DNA of 64,000 nt. Origin: a virus. The notes below the pieces were generated by a model. That model saw nothing but the letters and a program-made list of their open reading frames with translations. It searched no databases and was not told the DNA's origin. Position numbers and translations under genes: made by a program. Location of the stretch: IMG/VR virus record IMGVR_UViG_3300045988_168552. One strand, 5' to 3'. Position 1 is the first letter of the stretch. Every line of letters begins with the position of its first letter. Positions 17,635 through 26,828 of this stretch are shown here, piece after piece.

Positions 17635-18412
17635 CGGCTGGTCCCTCCTTCATTTCTTTAGCTTGTTTGTCAGCCTCCTTCTCTTCCATCACCTCTTCCA
17701 TGTAGTCGAAGTAATCAGGAGCTTTTTCCGGAGTAGCATTCAGACTCTCCTCATCGGCTATCTGCTGCATATCCTTCACCGTAAGACCGTACTTGCGAGC
17801 CATCTTGCGCTTATACTCATCGGTATAGTTGATGCGGTCGTGTTTCACGATGCTTACATCCTGGGTAATGGCAATGCGGCTCATATCCGGCATCTCATCC
17901 GTAGCATCTTTATCCTCCACGAAGTTACCATATACGTTAGCCAGGGCTTGCATACCCTTATCCACCGCGCGGTCGTTGTTCTGCTGCTTACCCGTGCGGA
18001 TGAGCCATTCAGCGCTGCTCAGATACATCGCTTTGTGTCGAGGACTTTCGTCGGTCTGAAAGAAGCGGATTATATGGTTGCATACCGCCACATCATTATT
18101 CAGTTCCGTAACCGTTCGAGGTTTGATATTTCCTTCATCGTCAATATCAATATGCAGCGCCATCACCATTTCCTGCGCCTCTTTGTTGCCCTGTCCTGCC
18201 TGGTTCACGAAGAGCGTATAATCGCGTCGTGCGATATTGCGGCAGGTGGTACGCGGGTCTATGTCGTTGTTCTGAACCCATCGCTTGTAGAACTCAGCAC
18301 AAATCTGCATGCGGTATCGCTGTTCCAGTTTGGGGAACATCGTCTCCATGCTGAGACCATTTGATAGCCATTTGTCTATCCTCTGCAGGGTGTTCTGTGT
18401 TAATTGGCTCAT
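17627..18412 (-). CDS. hypothetical protein (terminase small subunit candidate by position only)
   Basis: 261 aa. First gene of the minus-strand operon that ends with terL. Acidic C-terminal tail. No motif recognised. Confidence 0.6.
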   Translation of the reverse strand: MSQLTQNTLQRIDKWLSNGLSMETMFPKLEQRYRMQICAEFYKRWVQNNDIDPRTTCRNIARRDYTLFVNQAGQGNKEAQEMVMALHIDIDDEGNIKPRTVTELNNDVAVCNHIIRFFQTDESPRHKAMYLSSAEWLIRTGKQQNNDRAVDKGMQALANVYGNFVEDKDATDEMPDMSRIAITQDVSIVKHDRINYTDEYKRKMARKYGLTVKDMQQIADEESLNATPEKAPDYFDYMEEVMEEKEADKQAKEMKEGPADE

Positions 18413-18471
18413 TCCTTATTAATGTTTAATGTATAAAATGTATAATTTGTGGAGCATCGAAAAACGAAATC

Positions 18472-18498
18472 CGTGTCATTCGTGTCATTCGTGTTCAA
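18472..18498. repeat. 9-bp tandem repeat in divergent promoter region
   Basis: CGTGTCATT CGTGTCATT CGTGTTCAA. Confidence 0.7.
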
Positions 18499-18543
18499 AA
18501 CCCCGAACCCCGGAAGGCTATATACCATCCGCACATCTGATTG

Positions 18544-18551
18544 CAAAATTA
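18544..18551 (-). promoter_or_regulatory. putative -7 box for the minus-strand operon
   Basis: The plus strand reads CAAAATTA, which is TAATTTTG (TAnnTTTG) on minus, about 130 nt upstream of ATG 18412. Confidence 0.35.
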
Positions 18552-18617
18552 CGAAATTGCCCCTAGATGGTTGGGACAAGAAAATCCTTTTGTCCCCATC
18601 TCTCAATTAAAAACCGA

Positions 18618-18625
18618 TACCTTTG
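18618..18625 (+). promoter_or_regulatory. putative -7 box (TAnnTTTG)
   Basis: TACCTTTG about 45 nt upstream of ATG 18672. Confidence 0.45.
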
Positions 18626-18671
18626 CAATAGTATTAAGACAACATAGGATAACAATAAAAAGAAAAAAGAA

Positions 18672-19292
18672 ATGCAAAGTTTAATTCCAACTCTTACAAG
18701 GTTTCTTGCAGCCATTATCGGCTTAGTGTGGTGCACACTGGAACCATCTCTTAACTACATTGCCGTATGCTTCTTCGCCCTTGTCTGCGACTGCTACACG
18801 GCGTGGCGCTGCAACTGCCGCATCTATTCCCGCTATCGTGAGGCTATCAAGAAAGACCCTCGATGCAGAATCGATGGGAAACTGAAATCTAAGAAAATGG
18901 CAAAGATGGTGAAAGATTTCTCCGTCCTCATCCTTGCGATATTCTTGGCCACGATGGTGGATACCGTCATACTCGATTTCCAAAACCCTCTCCATCTCGC
19001 CAACTATCTTGCCGCCATTTATTGTGGTGTGCAGCTCGTGAGCATCCTCGAAAACGAGAGCACCTGCAATGGGGCACCCTGGGCAAGAGTGATGCAGAAG
19101 ATTGTGGCCGATAAAACCGAAAGGCACTTCAATGTGAAGCTGAAAGACTTGATGAAGGAAGAAGAGGAGGAAACTCCATCAGCTGAGAAGAAAGATGAAG
19201 TAGAGACTACTCTGAAAGAGGATAAGAAGAAAGAAGATGATAATGACGACTGGATTCCGCAGAAACCTGCAGACCCGGTAATGGGCATGTAA
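18672..19292 (+). CDS. holin-like membrane protein
   Basis: 206 aa. Several hydrophobic helices, and GVQLVSILENES matches the E..SI.EN signature of the phage_holin_4 (TcdE-like) family. Long acidic C-terminal extension. Confidence 0.55.
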   Translation: MQSLIPTLTRFLAAIIGLVWCTLEPSLNYIAVCFFALVCDCYTAWRCNCRIYSRYREAIKKDPRCRIDGKLKSKKMAKMVKDFSVLILAIFLATMVDTVILDFQNPLHLANYLAAIYCGVQLVSILENESTCNGAPWARVMQKIVADKTERHFNVKLKDLMKEEEEETPSAEKKDEVETTLKEDKKKEDDNDDWIPQKPADPVMGM

Positions 19293-19356
19293 TGTGCCAA
19301 TATCTCTTAATTTCTGTACGTTATCAGTTAATAATGTGTTAAAATCTCTTTGAATT

Positions 19357-19959
19357 ATGACAATATCAAATGTTTTGGAACACTGGGCTACGATATATAA
19401 GCCCTTGTCTCACGACCCGACAAGCAAGAAGCTGGAGGATCAGAGTTTCTTTCGTATTCGTGATATTGATGAGGAAAATATCTTTTCCCGTAACGCCAAT
19501 ATCATCCACTCTCCCTGTATGCTCTATCGTGTAGTTAACTCCGGAGAGTTGAAATCGGATAAGCAAGCCCTGATTACTTATCAGGTTTGTTTCCTTACCA
19601 GACTGAAAGACTCCTCTGCTACGTTGGGCAGATATGATGGCGGCAAATTGCAGGCTGCATCGGATGATCTGATGGAGTATTGCGAAGACCTTGCGTCTTA
19701 TCTCACTCAGCTTCGCCGCACAGGTATCTGTCCTATCACGGGCAGAAACTTCAAGACGGAAGAGCCTAAGTTGGGCATAGAGTTATCATCCATTGATATA
19801 GAGAGTTTTGCCTATGGTGTAAATCCTCTTTTCCGTGGTCCGAGCTGGCTCCTTGCTGATTGTTATTGGCAGACTATCCGTCCGCTCTATAATTTCCAAT
19901 GTGAAAAGGAGCAGAAATATATCATTCCTGCATCGACAGAAGACGGAAAGGAGGGATAA
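19357..19959 (+). CDS. hypothetical protein
   Basis: 200-aa ORF upstream of the tape measure. Confidence 0.6.
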   Translation: MTISNVLEHWATIYKPLSHDPTSKKLEDQSFFRIRDIDEENIFSRNANIIHSPCMLYRVVNSGELKSDKQALITYQVCFLTRLKDSSATLGRYDGGKLQAASDDLMEYCEDLASYLTQLRRTGICPITGRNFKTEEPKLGIELSSIDIESFAYGVNPLFRGPSWLLADCYWQTIRPLYNFQCEKEQKYIIPASTEDGKEG

Positions 19960-19962
19960 GTC

Positions 19963-20517
19963 ATGCCTATCAGAACCCAACCTATTAAGTCGCCTTTTGC
20001 ACCCCTGAAAGAGGTGGCAGGTGTATATCTGAAACAAGCCCTTCTTGATATAGAAGTCAACTTCAATACCCAGAAGATTTATCCGGTAGAAGTATATCGC
20101 GGCTATGAGAAGGTGAACAAATACCGCGAGGAACACGGCATGTGGTATTCTACGGGTGAAGGTAAGAAATCCTTTGAGGGTACGGTATATCAGGCTGATG
20201 AAAAGACGGGTAATCTGATGGTAGGAATCCGTTATAACGATTATCTCCGATATGTGGATATTGGTGTAGGTTTGACGGGTGATCCTCGTGACCCTGCAGC
20301 CCATATCACTGCCGATAAGGTGGACCGCTCAAAGAAAGCCAAGTTTAAAACCCGCTACATCGGCAAGTGGGATAGAAGGGCAGGTAAATCTCACCGCCCT
20401 GCCATCATGCGAACCGTCCGCAGACTGAAAACAAGATACGAAAATCATCTTGCCGATTACTATGGCTACCAAGGCTTGTTGCAGATAATGAACGCCCTGG
20501 AAGGCAAAGACGAGTAA
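19963..20517 (+). CDS. hypothetical protein
   Basis: 184-aa ORF immediately upstream of the tape measure. Confidence 0.6.
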   Translation: MPIRTQPIKSPFAPLKEVAGVYLKQALLDIEVNFNTQKIYPVEVYRGYEKVNKYREEHGMWYSTGEGKKSFEGTVYQADEKTGNLMVGIRYNDYLRYVDIGVGLTGDPRDPAAHITADKVDRSKKAKFKTRYIGKWDRRAGKSHRPAIMRTVRRLKTRYENHLADYYGYQGLLQIMNALEGKDE

Positions 20518-20528
20518 CCCATCTCGCC

Positions 20529-20548
20529 CCCGTTCCTGGCGATTCCAT
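20529..20548 (+). repeat. conserved hairpin element, copy 3 (degenerate, 3' arm lost)
   Basis: CCCGTTCCTGGCGATTCCAT followed by an A-rich leader and ATG 20590. Confidence 0.6.
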
Positions 20549-20589
20549 TCTCATATCCTCAAAAAATAAACATTAAAAAATAAAAAGCA

Positions 20590-23500
20590 ATGGCAAAGAA
20601 TAAAACAGAGGCTATCATCACGCTCAACGGTCAGCAGCCGCTCCAGGTACTGAAGCAGTTGCAGGAGGCAGCAGCGGGTATATCCGACCAGATAGATGTG
20701 GCTCAGGCGAAGCTGAAAAACCTGAAGCCAAATACCGACCCATATAAAGCCCTCGATGCCACCATCAAGGATTTGAAGAAGCAGTATGATTTGCTGGCTT
20801 CTGCACAGATTAAAGATATAGCTGCCAATGAACGTTTGCAGAGTGTAGTGGACCAACTTAGTAATACTTCACTCCGCAATCTGCGCCGTGCATTGGGCGA
20901 CGGCAAACGTCAGCTTGAAGGCTTGTCAGAGGCAGAACTGGAGCAGGCTAATTCCATCCGCGCTATGATGAAGACAGTAGGCGACCAGATACGTCTGCTC
21001 GAAGGAAAGTATGTGAAGGTTAAGGAAAATTTAAAAAATGTTGGTGAGCAATCCGACCAATGGCTCAGTAAGGCTCTTACTCAGCAGAGAGAGCTTGTTT
21101 CTTCTTTAAAGAAAACATCCTCCGGCTATCAGTTTAACCTCGATATTTTAAAGCAACTGGAGGCTGAAGAGGATAGACGTAACGGCAAGATGAGTGCCAG
21201 TGAAGCTATGCTAGCCGTCGGTAATAAAAACGCTACCGCCTCCGAACTTCGCCGTGCTAGAACATCACTTACTCAGGCGAGGGATAATGTAGATACATCT
21301 GATACCGCTCTGATTAAATCTTTTAACGATGCCCTTGCTCAGATTGAGGAACGCCTGGATGCCGTATCGGGCAAGGCTCAGAAAGCAGCCATCAGTTGGC
21401 AGAAAATGCGTCAGGTATTATCTAACCCTGGTAAGGCTTCAGGCGAGGACATTAAGCGCACCATGGACGCTATTCAGCAGAAAATACAGCAACTCCCTGC
21501 TGGAAGTAAGGCTGTATCTGATTTGCGGAGACAATACGCCCAGTTGGAGCAGACTCTGAAAGGTACCCGCCTCTCGCAAGCGCAGCTCAATGATATTGTT
21601 GCCCGCAGTAAGACTGGCAAGGCAAATATCAATGAGCTGAGACAGGCTTATAAGCAACTTGAGGAGGAACTGAACTTTGTCAACACCAAGAGCGAGACAT
21701 TTGCAAACAGACAGAAGGAGCTGAAGAACCTCAAAAAGGTTATTGATGACGCAACGGGTGCAGCCAATAAGCAGAGTGGTGCGTGGAATACGGCGTTAAA
21801 GAACTTAACCGCATACGTAGGTCTGTTTGCGGTATTTAACCAGGCAAAGACTTACTTTGTTGATTTATTCCGTCTGAACATGAAGTTTATGGATCAGTTG
21901 ACGGATATTCGTAAGGTTGCGCTTTCTACTACGGATGAAATAGCAAATCTTTCTCGTGAGTTGGCAAAAATTGATACCCGTACCAGTCTTGAAGAGTTAA
22001 ACCGAATCGCTTATGCTGGTGCCAAGTTAGGTATTCAAACACAGGGTGGCACTATGGCACTCGCTGGCTTCGTCCGTGCCGCCGACCAGGTAAATGTGGC
22101 GCTTAAAGAAGATTTGGGCGAGGAAGCGCTCACGGCTTTGGCAAAGATTACTGAGGTAATGGGATTGGTTGGCAAGTATGGTGTAGAAAAAGCCATGCTG
22201 AAGACCGGTTCTGCAATCTTCCGTCTGGCATCTACATCTACCGCTACTAGTGGCAAAATTGTTGATTTCTCTAATCGTATGCTTGCCCTTGGCGAACAGG
22301 CTGCCCTTACCACGCCTGATATTCTCGCCCTTGGTTCTGCGGTAGATAGTATGGCATTGGAGCCAGAAGTTGCTGCTACTGCTTTCGGTAAACTGGTAAC
22401 TGAGTTACGAAAAGGCACAAGCCCTATTGAAAAATCCCTGGGTATTGCTACTGGAAGTTTGAAGAAGATGATCGAGAGCGGAAGAGGTATGGACGCTATT
22501 CTTACTATCTTTAGAAGAATGGGCGAAACCAAAAACGTTTTTGCTCTTGATGGATTGTTTAAAGACTTAGGCTCTGACGGTGCCCGACTCGTGAAGACGA
22601 TGGTTACGATGGCTGCCAAGAATGGTATGCTTACAAAAGCTGTTGAGGAATCCAACAAAGCTTTTAATGACGGTACGGCTGTAACGGTAGAGTATAATAT
22701 GCAGCAGGAAACCGCTATGGCTTATATGGAGCGTGCCAATAACCTTTGGGAGAAACAGTTTGTTTCGTCTAGCGCAGCGGCAGGTCCCGTTCACGATATA
22801 GCCAAGGCGTGGTTTGAGTTAACTAAGGAGTTGACTAGCAGCCTCGGTTTTATGACAGAGGTAAAATTAGCCATCGGACTTATCTTTGCTTCTGTCAAAA
22901 TGCTGCTGAATATCCTTCCTACGCTCATATCTATGCTCAGTATGGCAGGTTTGGCGGGTGCGTTTGCATACGTACTTGATTATGCTCAGAAGTTGAGTTC
23001 TGCTTCGGCCTCACTGAGCGTGGTTTGGGCTAAGATGGTTTCAACTTTCAATAAACTGTCATTAGTAAAACAGGCTGGTGTCTTCGGTGGCATAATCGGC
23101 TTGTTAGGTATTCTTGTCGTAAAGTTGGCTGAATATACGTCTTCTCTGAATCAGGCTTCAGCCGGTCAGCGTGTACTGAACGAAGTACAGGAGGAAGGTA
23201 AGCGTAGGGCAATGGAAGAGCAGGAGCAACTGAATCGTCTTCATAATGTAATGAAAGATACTTCTGCTTCTATGAAGTTGCGAATCGATGCGATGAATCA
23301 GTTGAATAGTGCTATTCCTGGACTCAATGCAAAGATTAATGCTGAAACCGGTGCTGTCAAGGAAAATACTCAGGCATGGGATGCAAACTTTACCCGCTTG
23401 CAGAAGTATTACGAACTTGAAGGTGCCCGTTCTAAGCTGGCAGAGTTGGGTCGTCAGAAGGTGGATGCAATTCTTGATTTGCAGAAAAAAGAAGATGCTT

Positions 23501-26500
23501 ACGCTAACTCGAAGGTACAGACACCTAACGGCTCCTATATTCAGACTTCCGGCGGTGCCATGATGCCTTCTCAGGTTCAGGGCGCTATCGGCCAAGCAGG
23601 TCAGAGGGCTGCGGCAAAGAGTGCTCGTGATAAGGCTCAACGCCGATTGGACGATGTTATTGCGCAGGAAAACGCATTAAGAGATAGATTCGGCGCGGAA
23701 TTGGATGTGGCAACTGGTAAAGAGACGGGAACCCCACAACATATTGATGAAACTGGGAAGGGCGGTAAAGGCTCTGCTACAACTCCTGAAGACGATGCCC
23801 GCAACAATATATCCGAGTTCATAACCAAAATCAAGAACTTCTACGAACGCCAGAAGACGGCAATGGTAGAGGAAATGACAAAGGATAATGTAGAAAAGGA
23901 GATACAGAAGCAGGTTGTTTATGACTTGGATATAAAGCTGAAATCGGCTCTCGCTGCGGCAAAGCAATCTATTGTTCTCGGTAAGAAAACCTGGGATGAT
24001 TTCAAAAAGACAATGGATAAAGACCGCAAGGAGAAGGATGATGAGTTTGGCCAGTCTCAGTCTCGTACCTTGCTGGAACAGATTAATGCTTACGATGTGT
24101 CAAAACTCCGTGCTGACCTTTTAAAGCAACTGCCTAAAATCAAGAAGGGCAAGATCGTTGGCTATAAATCCGATGAGCGGGATAGGGCATACCTCGACCG
24201 TCAATGGCTCGATGCGTCAAAGGGCGAAAACAGTAACGCCAATATCATACAGGAACGCATGGAGCAGCGCCGTAAAGAACTGCTGGAGCATGATTACACC
24301 AAAGTGGTGCAGGAAAATTCTTTCCTCGGTCTGATAAGCTCTCGCTTTGCAGATGTATCCCTCGATTCTCTTCAGAAGGACAAAAATGATGTTATCAAGG
24401 TTCTTGAAAAGGCAAGAACGCAGATGGCTGATCTTTTTGCTACTGAAGGAAAGAAAGATAACTTACTGAAATTCCTCTTTGGCGAGAATTACGAAAATAC
24501 ACCTTCCGTCTTTCTTGCGCTTTTGGATGATACGGAGGAGGACGTAAAGCTGTTCTATCAGAAACTCATCCAGTATTCTGATGAATATACTGCTGCAGAA
24601 AAGAAACATTACGATGAAGCAAAGAAGATTACTGATTTCTTGTGGAAAACCAATCAGCGCAATCTTGCCAACCAGGAAGCCCTTCGCAAGATGCAGCAGG
24701 AAAGTGCGCTCTTCGGTAAGCGAACTAATATGTGGTCTAACCTCGGTCTCGGCGACCTCACCGCCGACCCAGAGGTGGAGCTGATGAAGATGAAGATGCA
24801 GATGGCAGAAGATTATTATGCTTTCGTTTTCAAAAACTCACGCAACAAGCAGCTCCTCGATGAAGCAGACAAGGCTCGTCAGGAGGCAGAACTTGCCTAT
24901 GTCAACCAAATGGCAACGGCGATGAAGAACCGCCTCTCGCAGATGCAGCAGCTCGTGCAGCCTATCGAAACCTTCGGTTCGGAAGTAGGCAAGGCATTTG
25001 CCGAAATGCGTAACGATGTAAGCAGCGCGCAGGAAGCCATTAAGAACGCCCTGAAGTCTATGCTTGAGTCATGGGCTAATATGGCACTCAACGACGTGAA
25101 TACACAGATGTGGAAGGCTATCAACGATGCAGGAGCCAAGCGAGCTAAGAAAAGAGCGCAGCCTGATATTGATAAAGCGAGAGCCAACGCTAATGCCAAT
25201 GCCGTGAAGGAAGATTTCTCTCATCTCGGCACGAAGGCTAACCCGATGTATGTGCGACTGGTAGATGAGGGTGCAGCTTACCTTACTCCGCAACCGCAGT
25301 CTAGTTTCGAGAATATGAGTTCACGGCAGCAGCCTATCGGTTGGAATCCTGATGGCTCGCCTATCATGCCTGGCAAATCTCCTATTGCGCCTGATAACAC
25401 TCCCGTCGTGCCTTATGCGCCTACCGATACCAAGCAGCAGGGTACACCAGAGCAGCAAAACGGTGCTCCTCATGCGTGGGCACATCGCAACCGAGACAAC
25501 GCCAATGCGTTCTATCAGGATGCCGCAACGCAAACGGGTGCGGCAGCAGCCGATGCTATCGCAGGTGGCGGTTCCTGGTCCGATGTCGCAGCAGGTATCG
25601 GTGGTTCTTTCATCGGTGGTGTGATGAATACCGAGTTCAAGACTGGCGGCGGCAAATCTAAGGAAGACAAGGAGAAAGCCGAGCAACTGAAGAAGGAAAA
25701 GAAGCACCAGAAGGAACTGAGCAAAGAGGTAAAGAAGGGCAATAAGGATCGTGAGAAGGTAACTACCCAGGGCGTGAAGAACATCACTAACGTAACTGAT
25801 GCCGGAAACAAGGAGCAGACTGAGGGCACAAAGGTGGCTTTGAATGCGGGTATGGCTATGACCCAAACTGCGCTCACTGAGAACCTTAATAAAACGCAGG
25901 AAAATAACGAGGCCATCATTCAATCGGATGCGGACCGCATGCAAGCAGGAATGACCTTCTCTATCGCTGGTGCCATCGGTAAGTGTTTTGATTTCCTGGG
26001 TCCTATCGCGGGTCCTATTGCAGCCGCAGGTGTAATGGCTACCCTGATGGGCTTGCTCCAGTGGGCACTCAATTCTGCATTCAGCGGCGGCAAGAAGAAG
26101 AGTAATACCAATACCACCAACACCAAGCTTGTAACAGGCATGCTTACCTACGATAGCGGTAACGTGCAGGATTTGAAGCCATTTGTGGCTGATAATGGCG
26201 AAGTGTATTGGGCGAAGGAAGATGATGGCAAGCAGATGCAGGGTGTGAAGATGCTCACGTCTCCAACCGCCACCACCGTGAACGGTCAGCCGTCTCTCGT
26301 AGCCGAGAGAGGACCAGAAATCGTGATTGGTAGGGAAACCACCCACGCCATGATGATGAATAACCCTGGCTTGCTGAAAGCGCTCGTGAACTACGACCGC
26401 AACTATTCAGGAAGAAACTCAGCAAGAAGGGCATTTGATAATGGCAATGTGGGTGATGTTCTTGCAGCAGGCACGAAAGCAGGCAATGGTAATCTTTCGT

Positions 26501-26685
26501 CTGGCGCGTCAGCGGCAGGCGACCTGGTTACCGCAGGCATTGCAAGCAATGCGGCGCTCCTGCAAGCCGTGAATGCGCTCATTCAGCGCCTGAATGAGCC
26601 TATCAACGCCAAGATTAATATGTTTGGTCGTGGCGAGCTGTATGATAGCCTGAATAAGGCTAATCAGTTTATGAAGAATAAATAG
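20590..26685 (+). CDS. tail tape measure protein
   Basis: 2031 aa. Long Ala/Lys/Glu/Gln-rich helical sequence. LTDIRKVALSTTDEIANLSRELAKIDTRTSLEELNRIAYAGAKLGI resembles the TP901-type tape-measure core. Internal hydrophobic Gly/Ala-rich segments. Confidence 0.85.
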   Translation: MAKNKTEAIITLNGQQPLQVLKQLQEAAAGISDQIDVAQAKLKNLKPNTDPYKALDATIKDLKKQYDLLASAQIKDIAANERLQSVVDQLSNTSLRNLRRALGDGKRQLEGLSEAELEQANSIRAMMKTVGDQIRLLEGKYVKVKENLKNVGEQSDQWLSKALTQQRELVSSLKKTSSGYQFNLDILKQLEAEEDRRNGKMSASEAMLAVGNKNATASELRRARTSLTQARDNVDTSDTALIKSFNDALAQIEERLDAVSGKAQKAAISWQKMRQVLSNPGKASGEDIKRTMDAIQQKIQQLPAGSKAVSDLRRQYAQLEQTLKGTRLSQAQLNDIVARSKTGKANINELRQAYKQLEEELNFVNTKSETFANRQKELKNLKKVIDDATGAANKQSGAWNTALKNLTAYVGLFAVFNQAKTYFVDLFRLNMKFMDQLTDIRKVALSTTDEIANLSRELAKIDTRTSLEELNRIAYAGAKLGIQTQGGTMALAGFVRAADQVNVALKEDLGEEALTALAKITEVMGLVGKYGVEKAMLKTGSAIFRLASTSTATSGKIVDFSNRMLALGEQAALTTPDILALGSAVDSMALEPEVAATAFGKLVTELRKGTSPIEKSLGIATGSLKKMIESGRGMDAILTIFRRMGETKNVFALDGLFKDLGSDGARLVKTMVTMAAKNGMLTKAVEESNKAFNDGTAVTVEYNMQQETAMAYMERANNLWEKQFVSSSAAAGPVHDIAKAWFELTKELTSSLGFMTEVKLAIGLIFASVKMLLNILPTLISMLSMAGLAGAFAYVLDYAQKLSSASASLSVVWAKMVSTFNKLSLVKQAGVFGGIIGLLGILVVKLAEYTSSLNQASAGQRVLNEVQEEGKRRAMEEQEQLNRLHNVMKDTSASMKLRIDAMNQLNSAIPGLNAKINAETGAVKENTQAWDANFTRLQKYYELEGARSKLAELGRQKVDAILDLQKKEDAYANSKVQTPNGSYIQTSGGAMMPSQVQGAIGQAGQRAAAKSARDKAQRRLDDVIAQENALRDRFGAELDVATGKETGTPQHIDETGKGGKGSATTPEDDARNNISEFITKIKNFYERQKTAMVEEMTKDNVEKEIQKQVVYDLDIKLKSALAAAKQSIVLGKKTWDDFKKTMDKDRKEKDDEFGQSQSRTLLEQINAYDVSKLRADLLKQLPKIKKGKIVGYKSDERDRAYLDRQWLDASKGENSNANIIQERMEQRRKELLEHDYTKVVQENSFLGLISSRFADVSLDSLQKDKNDVIKVLEKARTQMADLFATEGKKDNLLKFLFGENYENTPSVFLALLDDTEEDVKLFYQKLIQYSDEYTAAEKKHYDEAKKITDFLWKTNQRNLANQEALRKMQQESALFGKRTNMWSNLGLGDLTADPEVELMKMKMQMAEDYYAFVFKNSRNKQLLDEADKARQEAELAYVNQMATAMKNRLSQMQQLVQPIETFGSEVGKAFAEMRNDVSSAQEAIKNALKSMLESWANMALNDVNTQMWKAINDAGAKRAKKRAQPDIDKARANANANAVKEDFSHLGTKANPMYVRLVDEGAAYLTPQPQSSFENMSSRQQPIGWNPDGSPIMPGKSPIAPDNTPVVPYAPTDTKQQGTPEQQNGAPHAWAHRNRDNANAFYQDAATQTGAAAADAIAGGGSWSDVAAGIGGSFIGGVMNTEFKTGGGKSKEDKEKAEQLKKEKKHQKELSKEVKKGNKDREKVTTQGVKNITNVTDAGNKEQTEGTKVALNAGMAMTQTALTENLNKTQENNEAIIQSDADRMQAGMTFSIAGAIGKCFDFLGPIAGPIAAAGVMATLMGLLQWALNSAFSGGKKKSNTNTTNTKLVTGMLTYDSGNVQDLKPFVADNGEVYWAKEDDGKQMQGVKMLTSPTATTVNGQPSLVAERGPEIVIGRETTHAMMMNNPGLLKALVNYDRNYSGRNSARRAFDNGNVGDVLAAGTKAGNGNLSSGASAAGDLVTAGIASNAALLQAVNALIQRLNEPINAKINMFGRGELYDSLNKANQFMKNK

Positions 26686-26746
26686 AAGAAGGTTTTGTTG
26701 ATTATTAGTTGTTAGTTTTTAGGTTAATTAGTTATTTGTTTATTGA

Positions 26747-26780
26747 GGCTGTTTCGCTGTGAAGCGAGGCAGCCTTTTTT
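26747..26780 (+). terminator. intrinsic terminator after tape measure
   Basis: GGCTGtTTCGCTgtgAAGCGAgGCAGCC followed by TTTTTTG. Confidence 0.7.
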
Positions 26781-26782
26781 GT

Positions 26783-26822
26783 CTGCGGATTTCAAATCCG
26801 CAGGAACGCCTAACGGACACAA
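26783..26822 (+). repeat. hairpin plus 27-nt element (inverted partner of 16055..16081)
   Basis: CTGCGGAT-TTCAA-ATCCGCAG stem-loop followed by GAACGCCTAACGGACACAA. Confidence 0.8.
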
Positions 26823-26828
26823 TTTCTT

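Noticed and set aside
17663-18364. 233-aa plus-strand ORF opposite 17627..18412. Similar long antisense ORFs occur at 27597..28205, 28931..29587, 30757..31575, 35153..35884, 40774..41361 and 51118..51762.
   Set aside because: Each is antisense to a better-supported gene (a motif-bearing or operon-consistent one). All have hydrophobic, His/Leu-rich low-information translations.
25321-26346. 341-aa minus-strand ORF inside the tape measure gene.
   Set aside because: It is antisense to a gene with clear TMP features. Its product is Leu/His/Arg/Cys-rich junk with no start context or operon partners. This is typical shadow-ORF behaviour.
26783-26803. The stem-loop GCGGA-TTTCAAA-TCCGC looks like a tRNA anticodon arm with anticodon UCA (an opal suppressor). 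That would fit the in-frame TGA at 40242.
   Set aside because: No acceptor stem, D-arm or T-arm (GTTCGAATC-like) can be built on either strand around it. The stem actually extends to 8 bp with a 5-nt loop. Half of the sequence recurs at 16055..16081, so it is a repeat element and not a tRNA.
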